Made by a program: the position numbers and the translations under genes. Positions 25,092 through 39,069 of a stretch of 64,000 nt of DNA are shown here, one piece after another. Source of the DNA: Octopus sinensis (taxonomy: Eukaryota); the NCBI RefSeq assembly GCF_006345805.1, contig NC_043007.1, positions 73,222,001 to 73,286,000 of the forward strand, read 5' to 3'. The notes under the pieces were generated by a model. The model was given only the letters and a program-made list of their open reading frames with translations. It was not told the origin of the DNA and ran no database searches. Every line of letters begins with the position of its first letter. Position 1 is the first letter of the stretch.

Positions 25092-25718
25092 TTTTTACTT
25101 TATATTGATTATTCATTTTTGTACTTTTTGTGATCTAGTTATATGTTTTGAAAAAAATATATATATTTTATTTTTTATTTATGATTTGGCTTATGTCTAT
25201 CATTGTTTGAATTGCATAATAGTGGTTTTTCTCTAATTTATATTTTATATATTTATATTGTGAAATTTGATTTAATACTAAATTGAATTTTTCCCTGTAA
25301 GTTTGGAATTATACTCCCTAATACTATTATATATATATATATATATATATTAACGTTCGCTTTCCATGCTAGCATGGGTTGGAAGCCAGAAGGCTGCGCC
25401 AGGCCCAGTCTGATCTGGCAGTGTTTCTACGGCTGGAAGCCCTTCCTAACGCCAACCACTCCGTGAGTGTAGTGGATGCTTTTTACGTGCCAGATGAAGC
25501 TGGCAAACGGCCACGATCGGATGGTGCTTTTTACGTGCCACCGGCACTGGTACCACGGCTACAATCTCCATTAATGTTGATCGATTTCGATTTTGATTTT
25601 CACTTGCCTCAACAGGTCTTCACAAGCAGAGTTTTATGTCCCAAGAAGGAAAGGTATGCATAAGTGGACTGGCTACATCCCAGGGTTATGGTCTCACTTG
25701 TCCTGCCGAGTCTTCTCA

Positions 25719-25762
<44 letters not shown>

Positions 25763-27809
25763 CACACACACAAAGACATAACTATATACATACATAATTG
25801 GTGCCTGTCAACTTGTAAATGAGTATGATCATCATTAATAAATTATCTTATACAAAATGTTAAAGTGAATGGCTGACCTGACAGCAATGCTCATATTGAA
25901 ATTTAAAGTCAATATCAGCTGGCACAACACCACTAACTCTCACCTACAAAGCCCAATATTCCAGACACAAGCAACAGCAAGATTTCTAGCTCCACAATGA
26001 AGCAGGAGTTATTTCAGAGTTCCCTTCTTTTAGAAAAATGTTTAAATAAAGATTAGGGGTCTCTCACATATATACACATACCAACATTCACACACACATA
26101 CAAATATATATACCTACATAAACACATACTTAGTATAATACATTATAAGATGTACATGTGGTTGCTAATGGCATCAAAACATTTATGAATTAGTTATAAA
26201 GAAGTGAGTATAAAAAAAATATACATAATTGATTAAGTGGAAAAACAGGAAAATGGAAGTTGATAGTCATTCTTCATAGATTATATATATATATAAATAG
26301 ACACACACATACATATATTTATATAAACATATACAATACTCACACATGCAGAGTCATATACATATCTACATGCACACCTTTTATCTTTTACTTGTTTCTG
26401 TCATTAGACTGTGGCCATGATGGGACGGGACACAGCCTTGAATAATTTTTATTCAAATGTATCAACCCCAGTACTGTTTTTCTTTTTCTTTTAAGCCCAG
26501 TACTTATTCTATTGGTCTCTTTTGCTGAACCACTGTATTACAGGGATGTAAACAAACCAACACCAGTTGTCGATCAGTGGTGGAGGACAAACACACATGT
26601 GATATTGATACATGTGATGGGCTTCTTTCAGTCTCCATCTAGCAAATTCACTCACAATGCTTTGATCTGCCTGAAGCATTAGTAGAAGATACTTTTCTAA
26701 GTTGCCATGGAGTATAACTGAATCCAGAACCATGTGGTTCTCTCCACCCACTCCCAGTAAACCACCAAATTGTCTCTCTTCTCTCCCCACCATACTGAGC
26801 ATAACTGAGTTGTGGTAGTGTGTGTGTCTGTGTGTGCACAGCAAATGTCTGCACTTTACAACTGTAAAGATTAGGTAGGGTTGAAAGGCAAATATGGTAA
26901 ATGGTGGAGGACCACTGATGTATAAGTTAGGAGAAGTAGCCACAGAGTAGGAGATGACTAACAGTGTGGGGCAGCAGAATGGTGATTGATAATACAGTAG
27001 ATAGGAGACGGATGAGAGAAATATAATGTTAGGTAGGCTGCAGGACTGTGGGAGTGGAGGAGAGAGGCAGGTATAATACATGAGTGAGATATGGATGGTA
27101 GTGGAGAGAAAAGAAATAATGGATGATGGATCAATAACAAATGAAACAATTCCCAGTTAAAACTTTAATATTTAAAGCAGCCATATCCAGCCAAAATATT
27201 CTGCTTGCTTTATGTTCAAACTGGTCAGATCCAACTTTTCACATTTACCCTACAATGGAAGTCTAAAAATAAACAATCACATCATCGAAATCTCAAAGCT
27301 ACAAGAAAATGCAGGGTAAATTCAAAACAATGTGACTAAATAGTTAAAAAAGTAAGTGGAACCAAGGAAGAGCTGTAGTTAGAATTAAAAGTTGGTGGGG
27401 ATGTCTTTAGGAGGAAGGAAATTGAGTAATGGGTTCAGCTGTGCATAAACACATGTACACATATGCACACACACACACACAGATGCACTACCATAACTCA
27501 GTTATACTCAGTATGGTGGGGAGGGAAGAGAGATAACTTGGTGGTTCAGTGGAGGTGGGTGATCAATGAAAGTGTGGGTGGAGAGAACAGTTTTTGTATT
27601 AGTGGATGAAGGATGGACAGCAAGTGAAGAGGTTCTGGGTAGTGAAAAAAGTAAGTGGTATCAGAAAAGAACTACAGTTAAGAATGTGATGGGTGTCCTG
27701 AGGAAGAAGGAAATTAGGTGAAGGTCCCAGTTGTGCATATATATATATGTGCACACACACACACACAGTACTTCCAGAAATCAGTTTCACCAAATTGGAT
27801 GAGTCATCT

Positions 27810-28860
27810 CAAGAACAAGTATCACCAGTCATTCCAGTCCTTTGTCATCCTGAGATCAGCCTTCACAATTTTCCCCCATGTTTTCCCTCTTCTGCAAGTT
27901 CCGTCCGTTACTAAGTGAACAGCACTTTTTTTTGTACAGCTGTCCTCATGCATATGCATTACATGTCCAATACCAGTGTAGTCTTCTTTCTTGCATACTA
28001 CACCTGATTCCTCTTATGCCCAGTTATTCTCTCAGCACATTCGTACTGTTTTTCATGCATACTCACATTGCGTATGAAATGGAGCATGCTCCATTTCTTT
28101 CCAGTAATTTCAAACCCTTTACATTCAAGGCTCATGTCTCGCTACCAAGCAGCATCACAGTTCTAATACAAGTGTCTAACAATCTGCACTTCACTTTGAA
28201 GAAAAAGGACATTTGTAGCTAGCAGGAGATGTAGCACCCTGAACTTTCGCCAGCCTATTCTTATTCAGGCTACTATAGTTTCCGAGCAACCATCTTCCTT
28301 ACAAATTATATCTCTGAAGTAACAAAAGCTACCAACTGCTTCTAGTGAACTAGTAAAGAGAATTTATTTCCAGTGTGCTCTTAGTATGTACTGCTCAAGA
28401 GTATTATTACATCCAAAGCTTACATTCTCGTATAGTCTGACTTTGATTCCACTACATTTCACATGTACATAGCTTACATCGGGTATAGCATATGAAATTT
28501 ATACCCACTTCTTTTCTGCATATTAAGTAAGGCCATTTCATTGAAGCTCTCAAGGAGCCATCATCTTACTTGCAAACTAAATCCTGCATGTTTTCTAAGT
28601 TTACCTTAAGATCTTTCAGTCCTTGGTTTGTTTCCAAGCCTGGATTTTCCTTTCTAATTTCCCTATAGATTCAGCCATGAGAACTAGATCCTCAATATAT
28701 AGGAATTCCCATAGACAGACTGAAACTCCTCTGTGATGGTCAGTAGGACAAGGATTGAAGACTGAACTTTTATGGACTCCTACCTTCATGCTAAATTCAT
28801 CATTGAAATTGTTGTTGATTCTCATTTTACCCAATACACCATTGTACATAGCTTGTAAAG
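27810..28860 (-). mobile_element. Degenerate RTE LINE 3' ORF region
   Basis: EFSMKVGVHKSSVFNP...WEFLYIEDLVLMAES (GVHQGS and LYADD motifs), followed by RTE C-terminal relics. Confidence 0.7.
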
Positions 28861-31800
28861 TGGTGCACTGTCAAACACTGTCTTCAAACTGCATCTCATC
28901 TAAGTCTATTCAGTTGTGAATCAATTGTGCTAAGAATCTCTCTTCATAACCTGATCTGATACTTATACGCACACACATATCCAGTTTTACTGTCAAATTG
29001 ATACATCACATTGGTCATCCAGAGTGAGTTCTCAGGTTCATGTTTGTGGTATTATGGATGAGGAGGTTCTTAGCTTTGGTCAGACCAGTACAAGACTCAC
29101 ATAGGCTAACCATGTACTTGCAAACTCAATGAAGGGTAAAAAAAGAAAGACTACCCTTTTCCTTTCCAATGATGGATAGGACTTCAAGATATAGGTATTC
29201 CAAGACTACCTATCTTTTTTACAGTTTACTTTTATAATCCATATTCTTTTGTAAATTAATTTGTAATTTGGTATGAAATATTAATGTCAAGTATTAATGA
29301 TTAAATGATATAAGTAATTGGGTGGAGTGGAGTCTAGGGTACTTGTGAAAGTCACAGAAATGCTGTTCAAGTCATGCGATGTCATACCAGAGCTGAAGAA
29401 TTCTTTTCTTTTTCCAGATTTTCCATACTAAAAAAGTCAAAGAGTATTTTCGGTAATCCTTATTTTGAACAACATATTTTCAAATTTACTATTGGTTTTG
29501 ATTTCCATCCATATTTCAACAAACTTGATGGAAAGCAGCACTTCCCTCTCTGTCTTTATTTTCCTTTTCAAGTAAAACTTGATGAAAATTTGGCCAAAGA
29601 GGAACGTGTCTGTCTTCAGTCCTGTCAGTGCGGTTCACCATACAAATCTCATTTGCCAAAGCTGTTAAACAGATAAAAACTCCCAAGACTACCTGCCCTT
29701 TTCCCGCCAAAGGAAGGCAGCAAAAAGATCTTCACGGTGGATTCGACCAATTGACAGATCCATCCTAAACGTGACAGCGGGTGTTCAACATGAACTTATA
29801 CAAGTCACGCTGCTCATCATGTATAAATACATTATTCCTGCAAACACTATCAAACTACAACATAATGGTTTCAAATTTTTGGTTAAGGCCAAGTTTTGAC
29901 GGGGAGGGGGTTAGTCGTTATTATCGACTTGAGTCGATACTTGACAGGTACTTCATAAATAATGAAAAATAATAAGAAAGAACAAGTGATAAAAGAAACC
30001 TTTTATCACTACTTCATTCTTTTTCAGCTTGTACTACTTTTTAATGGCCACAAACTCAGACTTATCTCTCAACTTTAAAACCTCTTTAACCCAGTTACAA
30101 GTGCAAGATGTACGTGCAAGTGCAAGGTGTGACGTTATCAATCGTGATTGAAATCTCGATCACTCCAAGCAAGGTAGCTGATAGAGTTACGATATATATC
30201 AGCATTGCAGCTACTCTCCCGCCGCCACCCCGATTTGGGTTACTTGTAACTTTAAAACTTTAATTTCTAAAATGTAAAATTTCTGTTGAATATTATTAAC
30301 TTATCGACTAAATAAATTAGAAATGATCCAAGCAATCTTTCGTTTTGACTCTACAAGCAGTTCTAATATATTTCTTAAATTACTAGTAAAACTTTTAATT
30401 TGAACTACTTTCTAATACAATCTGTCACTTTTTGAAAATGCTTGTGCTACTTTTTATGGTAACAGTGGGTCAGGTAATTAAAGTTGGATAAATTGCATAG
30501 ACAACTCGGCAATTAAAAGTTGACTAAAGCATTTCTTCACCGTAGGATATTACAACTAGATGACATCTGTTTTCTTCAAATGTTTTCCATTTCCTTCCGA
30601 GAATGCCCTTTACAGTCAAATTGCACTTGTGACATTAGTAATGACAGATTTTATAAGTTGGACTGACGATTAATTATCGCTTTGTCTTCAACGTTAAATG
30701 TAAATTGTTTTGACAAAGTCTCCAGGTAACGAACTACGTTGCACAAATGAATGTGGATTAGATAGTTTAGTAAAAATAATTTTACAAATATATCGCAAAC
30801 GGCAACAATTTCAGACGGAAGAAAAAAAAGGTTGGCGAGCATCAAGTGTCATAAAGCAAGCTCTTAAAAACAGGGATACAAGTGCGTGTGACATTCAAAT
30901 TAAAATGTCATCTATCGTAACAGTGATAATAAGAATAATGGTTTGTGTCAGTAATAAGTTTAAGGGTTTGTATTCGATGTGCAAAGAGCAATAAAAGGTA
31001 ATTAAATGGTTGATAATCTAACAAAGCTACTTAACGACAACCAGAAAATGGCGTCAATATCACGTGACAATGGTGCTGCCAATATTTCATGGTCAATGTT
31101 TTGTCTTTTGATGAACAGGGGAAAAGTTGGGAAAACTAAATGTTGAACTACATAATTTCACCATGAAGCATGACGGATTGTCTTCCATGCTGTTGTCTGC
31201 CACAAATCAACAAACATCTTGATGTAAAAACTGAGCATAAATAAAGTTAATAACAAACGACATTAACTAATAATAATTTACTTCAATTAACAATATATTA
31301 ACTCAATGAAATTAAGTCAAAAGTTGCAAAGGTTTCTACAGGAATATATTAGATGTAATCGATATACATCGCTAAAATTAGTCTAGTGTAAATACCTCTG
31401 GAATTGTAAATACATGTTAGGAAAACGAAATGTTAAGCACGCAGCACTACTGTCTTCAGTAAATCAACAATCATCAAGTTGTAAAAACCAAACCGAAGTT
31501 TAACAATTGCAGAAATATTTGACATGAACAATTATGTCAATTGTTTTATGAAACTCAAGTCTGAAGTTGAAAAAATTTCTATAAGATTTATTTTAATGTT
31601 TCAATAGTTGTTTACACACACACATACATGTAGATTATACAGTATGTATGTATGTATATAGGAATAATCTTGAGCAGCATGTAAACAAAATAGGGAGATA
31701 ATTAATTAGATGCTTAATTGACTGATAGCAGACGCTATGATTTTACAAGTTCTATTTAGGTTAATAAATATATTGTCAGTGAGTGACAACAGTTCAATCA

Positions 31801-32926
31801 ATATTAATAATAATCTTTTTTTTTTCTTTTCGCCACATGTTACAATAACATTTCGTTAATGTGACAAAACATAATTAATGAGATGCGGACGTTTTTATGT
31901 TGTTTTTTTTGTAACCCCTGGTCAACAATTATCGAACAGACTTATGTTCAACGGCAACTCCGTCCTTTTAGGGATGTCTAAAACATCATTATCTGATGTG
32001 TTCTTTCTCCCCTTTTTTTTTTTCTAACGGTAAGGGAAGATTTGCTGCTGTTTCTAGCAGGTTAGGCTTATCATGTAACTGACAAACGGTTTAATTTTCC
32101 GGAGAGGTTTTTGAAACTCAAAACCGATTCATAAACTCTGTTTCATATAGTTTAAGCAAATAAAAACTATAAAGCGGAAATGTATCCACAATTATTTTGT
32201 TTAGCTGTCAAGGAGAAAGAACATAAATATCCATTAATTTAAAATTAATGTCTGCAACACAGAAGACAAGTATATTTGTACAATTTGCAAAGACCAACAC
32301 TAGCATAACATCTGCTCGTTTAAGTATTACACGATATAACAATGTTTTTAAATTTGCTTTGCAAACAGAATAATAAAGTTAGTCGTCTTACAACATAATT
32401 AACAAAAGTGAGGAAAATTTCAATGGCTTTGAGGTCGAAGTATAAAAGTTAGCAGCAGGAAAAACAAAACAAATATTAGCATCGACATTACAGTTTTCAA
32501 GTTTACATTAAAAATTACGTATATTTTAAATATCTAAAGAATGTTTGGGTATATACAGTTTGGTAGCAGAACGAAGAATGACTCAACAAAGTCAAATTTG
32601 CGTAGAGGAAGATTTTTGAAAACTTCTATTTGTGAAAATAGAATCGATATCACGTGCAAGGAAATAAATGATTTATTGTAAGCAAAGTTAAACAAACTAT
32701 CGGCAAAATATATTAAAGGAATGTTTTGTTTTTGTTGTTAAAAGCATGAATAAAAGCAGCAACTGTTAAGTGGCGAGGAATTTACTGTTGGCGAAAAGTT
32801 CTATCGATCTGTTTCGCAGAATTTGAAAGTAGACTTATTAATGCTGGTATCAGATCGTACGCACGCAGCCAGTGGGGAAAAGGATTATGTATATAGTTGT
32901 TTAGTAGAAATATTAATTAAACTTAC

Positions 32927-33103
32927 CACGACGTAGAGTTTCCAGGAAAGGACGATCGTATCTAATAACCATCGTCCCCAGAAGGGCTCAAAAAGGGTAA
33001 CTGGTAGGACGGGCGTCAGCAAGAAGAGTGTCCCCATCATACTACTAAGGAATACAAGACAGCTAAAGGTCACTCCGAGACATACTGCCGAGCGACTGGT
33101 CAT
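32927..33103 (-). CDS. LCLAT1: Lysocardiolipin acyltransferase 1, coding exon 1 (59 aa, MTSRSAVCLGVTF...SWKLYVV)
   Basis: ATG at 33103. Hydrophobic N-terminus resembling LCLAT1 (S-x-x-G-x-x-F-x-L-x-P-x-L-P...RW...W). Ends phase 0 at a GTAAGT donor (32926) and joins exon 2 in frame. Confidence 0.88.
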
Positions 33104-33360
33104 CTTCAACAAGATTCATTCACTAACACAAGAATGAATGAACGATAAACAACGACGACACCGGTAGCCCTTTGCAAGCTGCTTTATCTTCTGCTTGGCT
33201 TCCGTCCGTTCCGCTCGAGCCTAGCTTTCTTCTTGATTAACCTTCTTCCTTTCATTTATTATTCAACCCTTCACTTTTTGATTTTGCTTTATTTTTTTTT
33301 TCCTAAAGTCTTCTGTTTATTTCTCCTATTTCCTTTCTGTTGTTATTTCCTTTCGAGTGA
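33104..33360 (-). promoter_or_regulatory. Putative LCLAT1 5' UTR / core promoter
   Basis: Repeat-free, CpG-retaining sequence directly upstream of the ATG, with an ETS-like CGGAAG at ~33199-33204 (minus). TSS not determinable from sequence. Confidence 0.4.
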
Positions 33361-34479
33361 ATAATTGTAGCAGGAATTGGGTGATACCTTGTCACTCTAA
33401 AACACCCTACGAGCTGATACCACACCATAAAGACTACTTTAGCTACAGACAGATGAAATGACAGACTTCGGAAAGTCTGACGGACGAAAAAAAAAACGAT
33501 GAATGGAAGAGATGTGACAAGAAAAGAAAGAAATGTAAGCGAAGTCGGCTAAGGGTAAATGATTTTGGCTGTTAGTGCTGAATGATCGAGTGAGAAGATC
33601 TGCATGACGGTGAAACGTAGCAATTTGAATGGGAGGAGAAGGCAGAGGATACAGTTATAAGAGAGGAAGGAGAAGTTAGGGGCAAAGGGAAACAAATGTC
33701 AGAGTTGTGGAACTGGAATTGCAAGAAGACACGATTAATGACGGAGTAAAACTAACGACAAACTCATATACTACGCATGAAAGGATATACTAAATAGACA
33801 AGTCCATTGCTATTTCTATAACCCAGTTAATTATTTCTATTGTAAAATACATTACTATTATATATAATTATTTTACTATAATAAAATAGAAACTTACTTT
33901 ACTACAATTATACTATAAATATAATAAAATAAAATATACGTTGTTACTAATTAATTAACGAAATAGAGGCTATAACATAACTAGTTAGCAAATTTAATTA
34001 GTATAAATAATAATAACCGCCTCTAGTATTTTGTGATAGTCATTTAATGGCCCTTAGAACCATAAAAGGCAATGGGATTCCATGGGGTTTCAAACTCAAA
34101 AACCAAACACTGATGCAGCTCTTTCCAAAGTTGGCCCGCAACGTTCAACAGGAGATATAGTATTTAATAAAGAGATAATACCTTTAAATATTTAAGACTG
34201 CTATGTATCTTTTATTTTAAAGGAGCTGGGATTCTCGTGATTTACATGTTTAGGGTAGACTCAATCGATTACCTGATTTAATAACAGCTACCTCCCCTTG
34301 AAATCCTCTAGCAGAATGTACCCTGTTGCAACCATTCCGACCAAGAATCTATTTAGAGGATAACTTCTTTTTAACTCTTGGAGGTACTGAACAGGTTATG
34401 GAGACTGTCCTTCATTCCTCACCTCGCACTCCCCCCTCCCTGATATATATATATATGTATATATGCATGTATATATATG

Positions 34480-34527
<48 letters not shown>

Positions 34528-34536
34528 ATATATATA

Positions 34537-34587
<51 letters not shown>

Positions 34588-34910
34588 GGCGCAGGAGTGG
34601 CTGTGTGGTAAGTAGCTTGTTTACCAACAACATGGTTCCGGGTTCAGTCCCACTGCGTGGCACCTTGGGCAAGTGTCTTCTACTATAGCCTCGGGCCGAC
34701 CAAAGCCTTGTGAGTGGATTTGGTAGATGGAAACTGAAAGAAGCCCGTCGTATATATGTATATATATATGTGTGTGAGTTTGTATATCTGTGTTTGTCCC
34801 CCCAACATCGCTTGTTTGCAAAGATAGAATAAGTCCCGGGGTCGAGTTGCTCGATTAAAGGTGGTGCTCCAGCATGACCACAGTCAAATGACTGAAACAA
34901 GTAAAAGAGT
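34588..34910 (+). mobile_element. SINE family A (internal deletion in 3' half)
   Basis: Homology to 1016-1420. Confidence 0.85.
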
Positions 34911-35193
34911 ATATATGTATATATATATGTATATATATATGCATGTATGTATGTATATATGTATATATATATATATATATGTACGTGTGTGTATATATAT
35001 ATATATATATACGTGTGTGTGTGTTTGTGTTTTCCAGTTTCAGCTCTTGAGCTGTGGCCATGCTGGGGCACCACACACATATATATATGTATATACACAC
35101 ACACACACACATAAACTACTCTACATCTTAGATATATATATAAGATATATATATATATAGAATTAGAATATATTTCTGAGTAAATGATTCACC

Positions 35194-35230
<37 letters not shown>

Positions 35231-35232
35231 CA

Positions 35233-35283
<51 letters not shown>

Positions 35284-35941
35284 GTGTGTGTATCATCATC
35301 ATCATCATTTAACGTCTGCTTTCCATGAATGGTTTTTCTTTACTTGTTTTAGTCATTTGACTGTGGTGACAGGTAAGAGAACAACAAGCAGGTGCATTAG
35401 TTTGATACTCAGGAAGAATGGAAAGTCTTCAACATTTCAAGCTTATGCTCTTTGACAGAAAAGGTTGAGAGGAAAAAAATTGGAAAGGAAAAAAATGTGT
35501 AAGGATTAACTGCTCAACACGCATACATGTATACGTATGTTATATATATATGTGTGTGTAGTTGTATATATACACATACATTCACACACAAATACACACA
35601 CATATACACACACACACATGAACACATATGGCTGTGTGGTAAGAAGCTCACCTCCCAACCACATGGCTTCAAGGTCAGTCCCACTGTGTGACATCTTGGG
35701 CAAGTGTCTTCTGCTATAGCGTCAGGCCAACCAAAGCCTTGTGAGTGGATTTGGTAGACAGAAACTTAAAGAAGCCCATGGTGTGTGTGTGTGTGTGTCC
35801 GACCACTGCTTGACAATTGGTTTTAATGTGTTTACATCTCTGTAACCTAGCAGTTTGGCAAAAGAGACTGATAAAATAAGTACCAGGCTTTAAGAAAAAA
35901 GAATTACAGGGGCTGATTCATTTAACTAAGAAAAGTATGTA

Positions 35942-36215
35942 TACAGTAATGGAAAGCAAAACTTGTGCACAAAACGTGTTTTATTGATTATACAAACCTA
36001 TCAATAATAAATTATTTAATCCCTCAAACATTCAAACAGTTTGCTCCTGGTATAACATAAACGCCATTAGTCGAGTGTGGACACCGATGCATACTCTAGC
36101 ACAAAGGTCTTTATCAGCATCAATTTCCTGGCAAGCCTTCTGTATGAACTAAATAGTGGAATCAACAGAATGTAGCTTGGATGTGAAAACTGTCTTTTTC
36201 ACATCCCCAGAAAAA
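35942..36215 (-). mobile_element. Tc1/mariner C-terminal fragment with one terminus
   Basis: FFFWG/VKKTVF...FIQKACQEIDADKDLCARVC..TRL; TA|CAGT end at ~35942. Confidence 0.5.
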
Positions 36216-37443
36216 GAAATATTAAAAATAGTAATAATAATTTTTATATATTAAATGAATTCTAGTATTGAATTAATCTTAGCACCACTATTATAATACT
36301 AGTATAATCTTTACTGTATACCTACTTTTGATGAGAGAGAGAGTTCCATTGAAACTTTTACCCTCCTACATAGCCAGTAACTTAGTATTGCTTCCTTAAC
36401 CAGTTTCAACGCGACTTGTCTTGTACATCAAACATAAAATATCTTTGTTCTGAATAGCTGTTGCCACTATACAGGGTTTTAATTCCTTTATACCATCATA
36501 AACATCCATATATTGGATAATACATTTCTTCAGAGACTGTTATGGTGAGAAGTATTTGCTTTTCCCAGAGACAAATTTAATGCTTTAGCATTCAGATTGC
36601 TCAGTCAAATATAATACTTATTTATTCACTTTGTTTTGAATTAATCAAGCATTATCTAGTAGCTTTGAGATTTTGATGATGTGGCTGTTTATTTTTAAAA
36701 TGACAATGTAAGGTTGGTATAAGAGGCTGAGTCTGGCCAGTTTGAACATAAAACAGGTAGAATATTTGGGCCAGATATGTATGGCTGGTTTAAATGCAAA
36801 AGGATTAAACTTCAAGTCAACAGAACCACCACTACCACCACCATCATTATCACCATTTAACATCAGTTTTCCATGCTGGTATGGGTTACACAGTCTGACT
36901 GGAACTGGTACGCTGGAGAGCAGTACCAGGCTCCAGTTTGATTTGGCTTGTTTTCTTCAGCTGGATGCTCCTCCTAATGCCAACCACTCCAAAAGTGTAG
37001 TGAGTGCCTTTTACATGTCACTGGCACAGCGTGTCGCCTGCATGGCATGTCAAAATGTTTTGTTTCTTTTTAAGTGACTGATGAAAGTCTTGGTAAACTT
37101 ATCAAGAAGATTAAATATAAATTTAAATATCAAAGTGGTCTTGATCAAAGGGCAACATTTTGCTGTGCCTTTGCACTTGAAATGTAAAGGTATGCAGTTT
37201 TTGGAACAAATCAAGTTATCAATGTTTGGAGCTTTTCCTGTACTTAAGTGTTGTTATGTGTGTCTGGTCTGAAAGATAGCATTTTTAGGATGTTGTTGTT
37301 GTAGTGTTAAAGTGAGTTGTATATTGTCTGGGCTTTTGCAGATGATTTTAAAAGAAGTTGCATGGAGTGTGAATGTTTCAGCTTGTAACAAGTGGTGTGT
37401 TGTATAGTTCTGTGTACTTTATAGTTTAATGTGAATATAGTGA

Positions 37444-37750
37444 CGCCACATGGCTTAGTGGTTAGGGGTAATTGGCTCACAGTCATAAGGTCATGAGTTT
37501 GGTGCTCAGTGGTGTGTTATGTCCTTGAGTAAGACATTTCATTTCATGTTGCTGCAGTTCACTCAGCTGGCAAAAATGAACTGTACCTATAATTCAAATG
37601 GCCAGCCTTGTCACATTCTGTGTCACAGTGAATCTCTCTGAGAACAGCATTAAGAGTATGTGTGTTTGTGGAGTGTTCAGCCACTTTCATGTTCATTTCA
37701 CAAGCAGGTTGTTCCATCCATTGGAACAACTAGAACACTTGTCATAACCA
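37444..37750 (+). mobile_element. SINE family D
   Basis: tRNA-like head CACATGGCTTAGTGGTTAGGG; second copy at 39582-39900 and a degenerate copy at ~58583-58830. Confidence 0.75.
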
Positions 37751-39069
37751 ATGTAGTATCAGTTATAGTTTAATGAGGCTAACTGGAATGAGAGAGAGAG
37801 AGAGAGAAGATGTATGTCTCTATGTGGGTCTTGTACAGCCCATGCTGGATCTAATGTGTTATTTACACACCATTGTTGTTATTACATATTTTTTTGGGAC
37901 CAAATATATGGAACCTCTAATTGCTCTGAGAATGCTTATGTCTCACAATGCAACTGACACGAAATTCAGAAATAAAAAGCTAGCTTTCAAGCAAAAAATA
38001 TTAAAAGTGACATGGTTTTGTTCAAATCTTTATTAACATCTCTTAATTTTCTGAAAATGAAAATACATAAATTATTGACAGAAAAAAAGATCAACCAAGA
38101 TTACAGTAAAGTAAAGTTAGTAAAAGAAAAGTAAATTGAACAAAACAGTTAATGAAACAGGGATAGAGCAATCCGACATTATTAATTTCCTATAAACTTG
38201 TAAACTATGTACCATGCACAACCACAAATGAAATGGCCATTTTTGTTGTTGGGCAATGTTATTACAGAGATAGTAGCTTAACCACCCTCGCTGTACCTGG
38301 GTTGCTTCCAGAAGCAAATGCTTAGCCCCAAGTCTACTTACCATCTCTAATCATGGACACATCATAAAGGAAAGACAAGTCAGTGTATTCACAGCATCCA
38401 TGGAGTCATAGGAGATGTCAGATACAGGTTAAGTAAAACTGTACATATCTGCTTTAGGGTCCCTAATTTCCTGTAAGGGGTTACTCCTTTGGCTTTTTTT
38501 AAATGTTCAATAAATTACCCCCAAAGTAACAGGGATTTATTATTATCACAGTGGGGCATGGTTTGTGATGATAATAAAGTCATTCCCACCCGTTCATCAT
38601 TTAATCTTGTATTAATCTAGTACAAGTACCATGAACCAGATAGATATCAGGATGCAGGATTTGTATGGAGTTACCTCCTCTTAGACGAGCGGTTAAAGTA
38701 CTGAAAGACTTCATCTGCCATAAGACTGTTGGGGTGTTTGTGAGTGAACTTTTCCCTTATGCGGTTCCATGACATCTTATAAACCCTAGCTAGAGCCCTG
38801 ACAAGTGGTGCTACTCTGAGTTAAAGCAGATCTAGGAACAATAGTGGCTAAGAGGCAGTTCCATAGTCTTCAAAACCCTGGAACTCCTTAAACAGGGCCC
38901 CATTAGTGGATGCAGTCTAAAGTCTTATTCAATTTAAAGCCACACAAACTCTCAACAAGAAGTGAAGTTTGTGATAAAACTGTGAAAGCAGAACTTCTCT
39001 TTCCATGAAAGCAACCATACTGTGGAATTACCAGAAATACTTGAACTTGTCCAGTTGATTATAATAATA

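Noticed and set aside
38342-38449. Possible upstream non-coding LCLAT1 exon ending at a strong ATG|GTAAGT donor (minus strand)
   Set aside because: Closed in all frames, weak acceptor, and no clear acceptor upstream of the LCLAT1 ATG; not supportable without transcripts.
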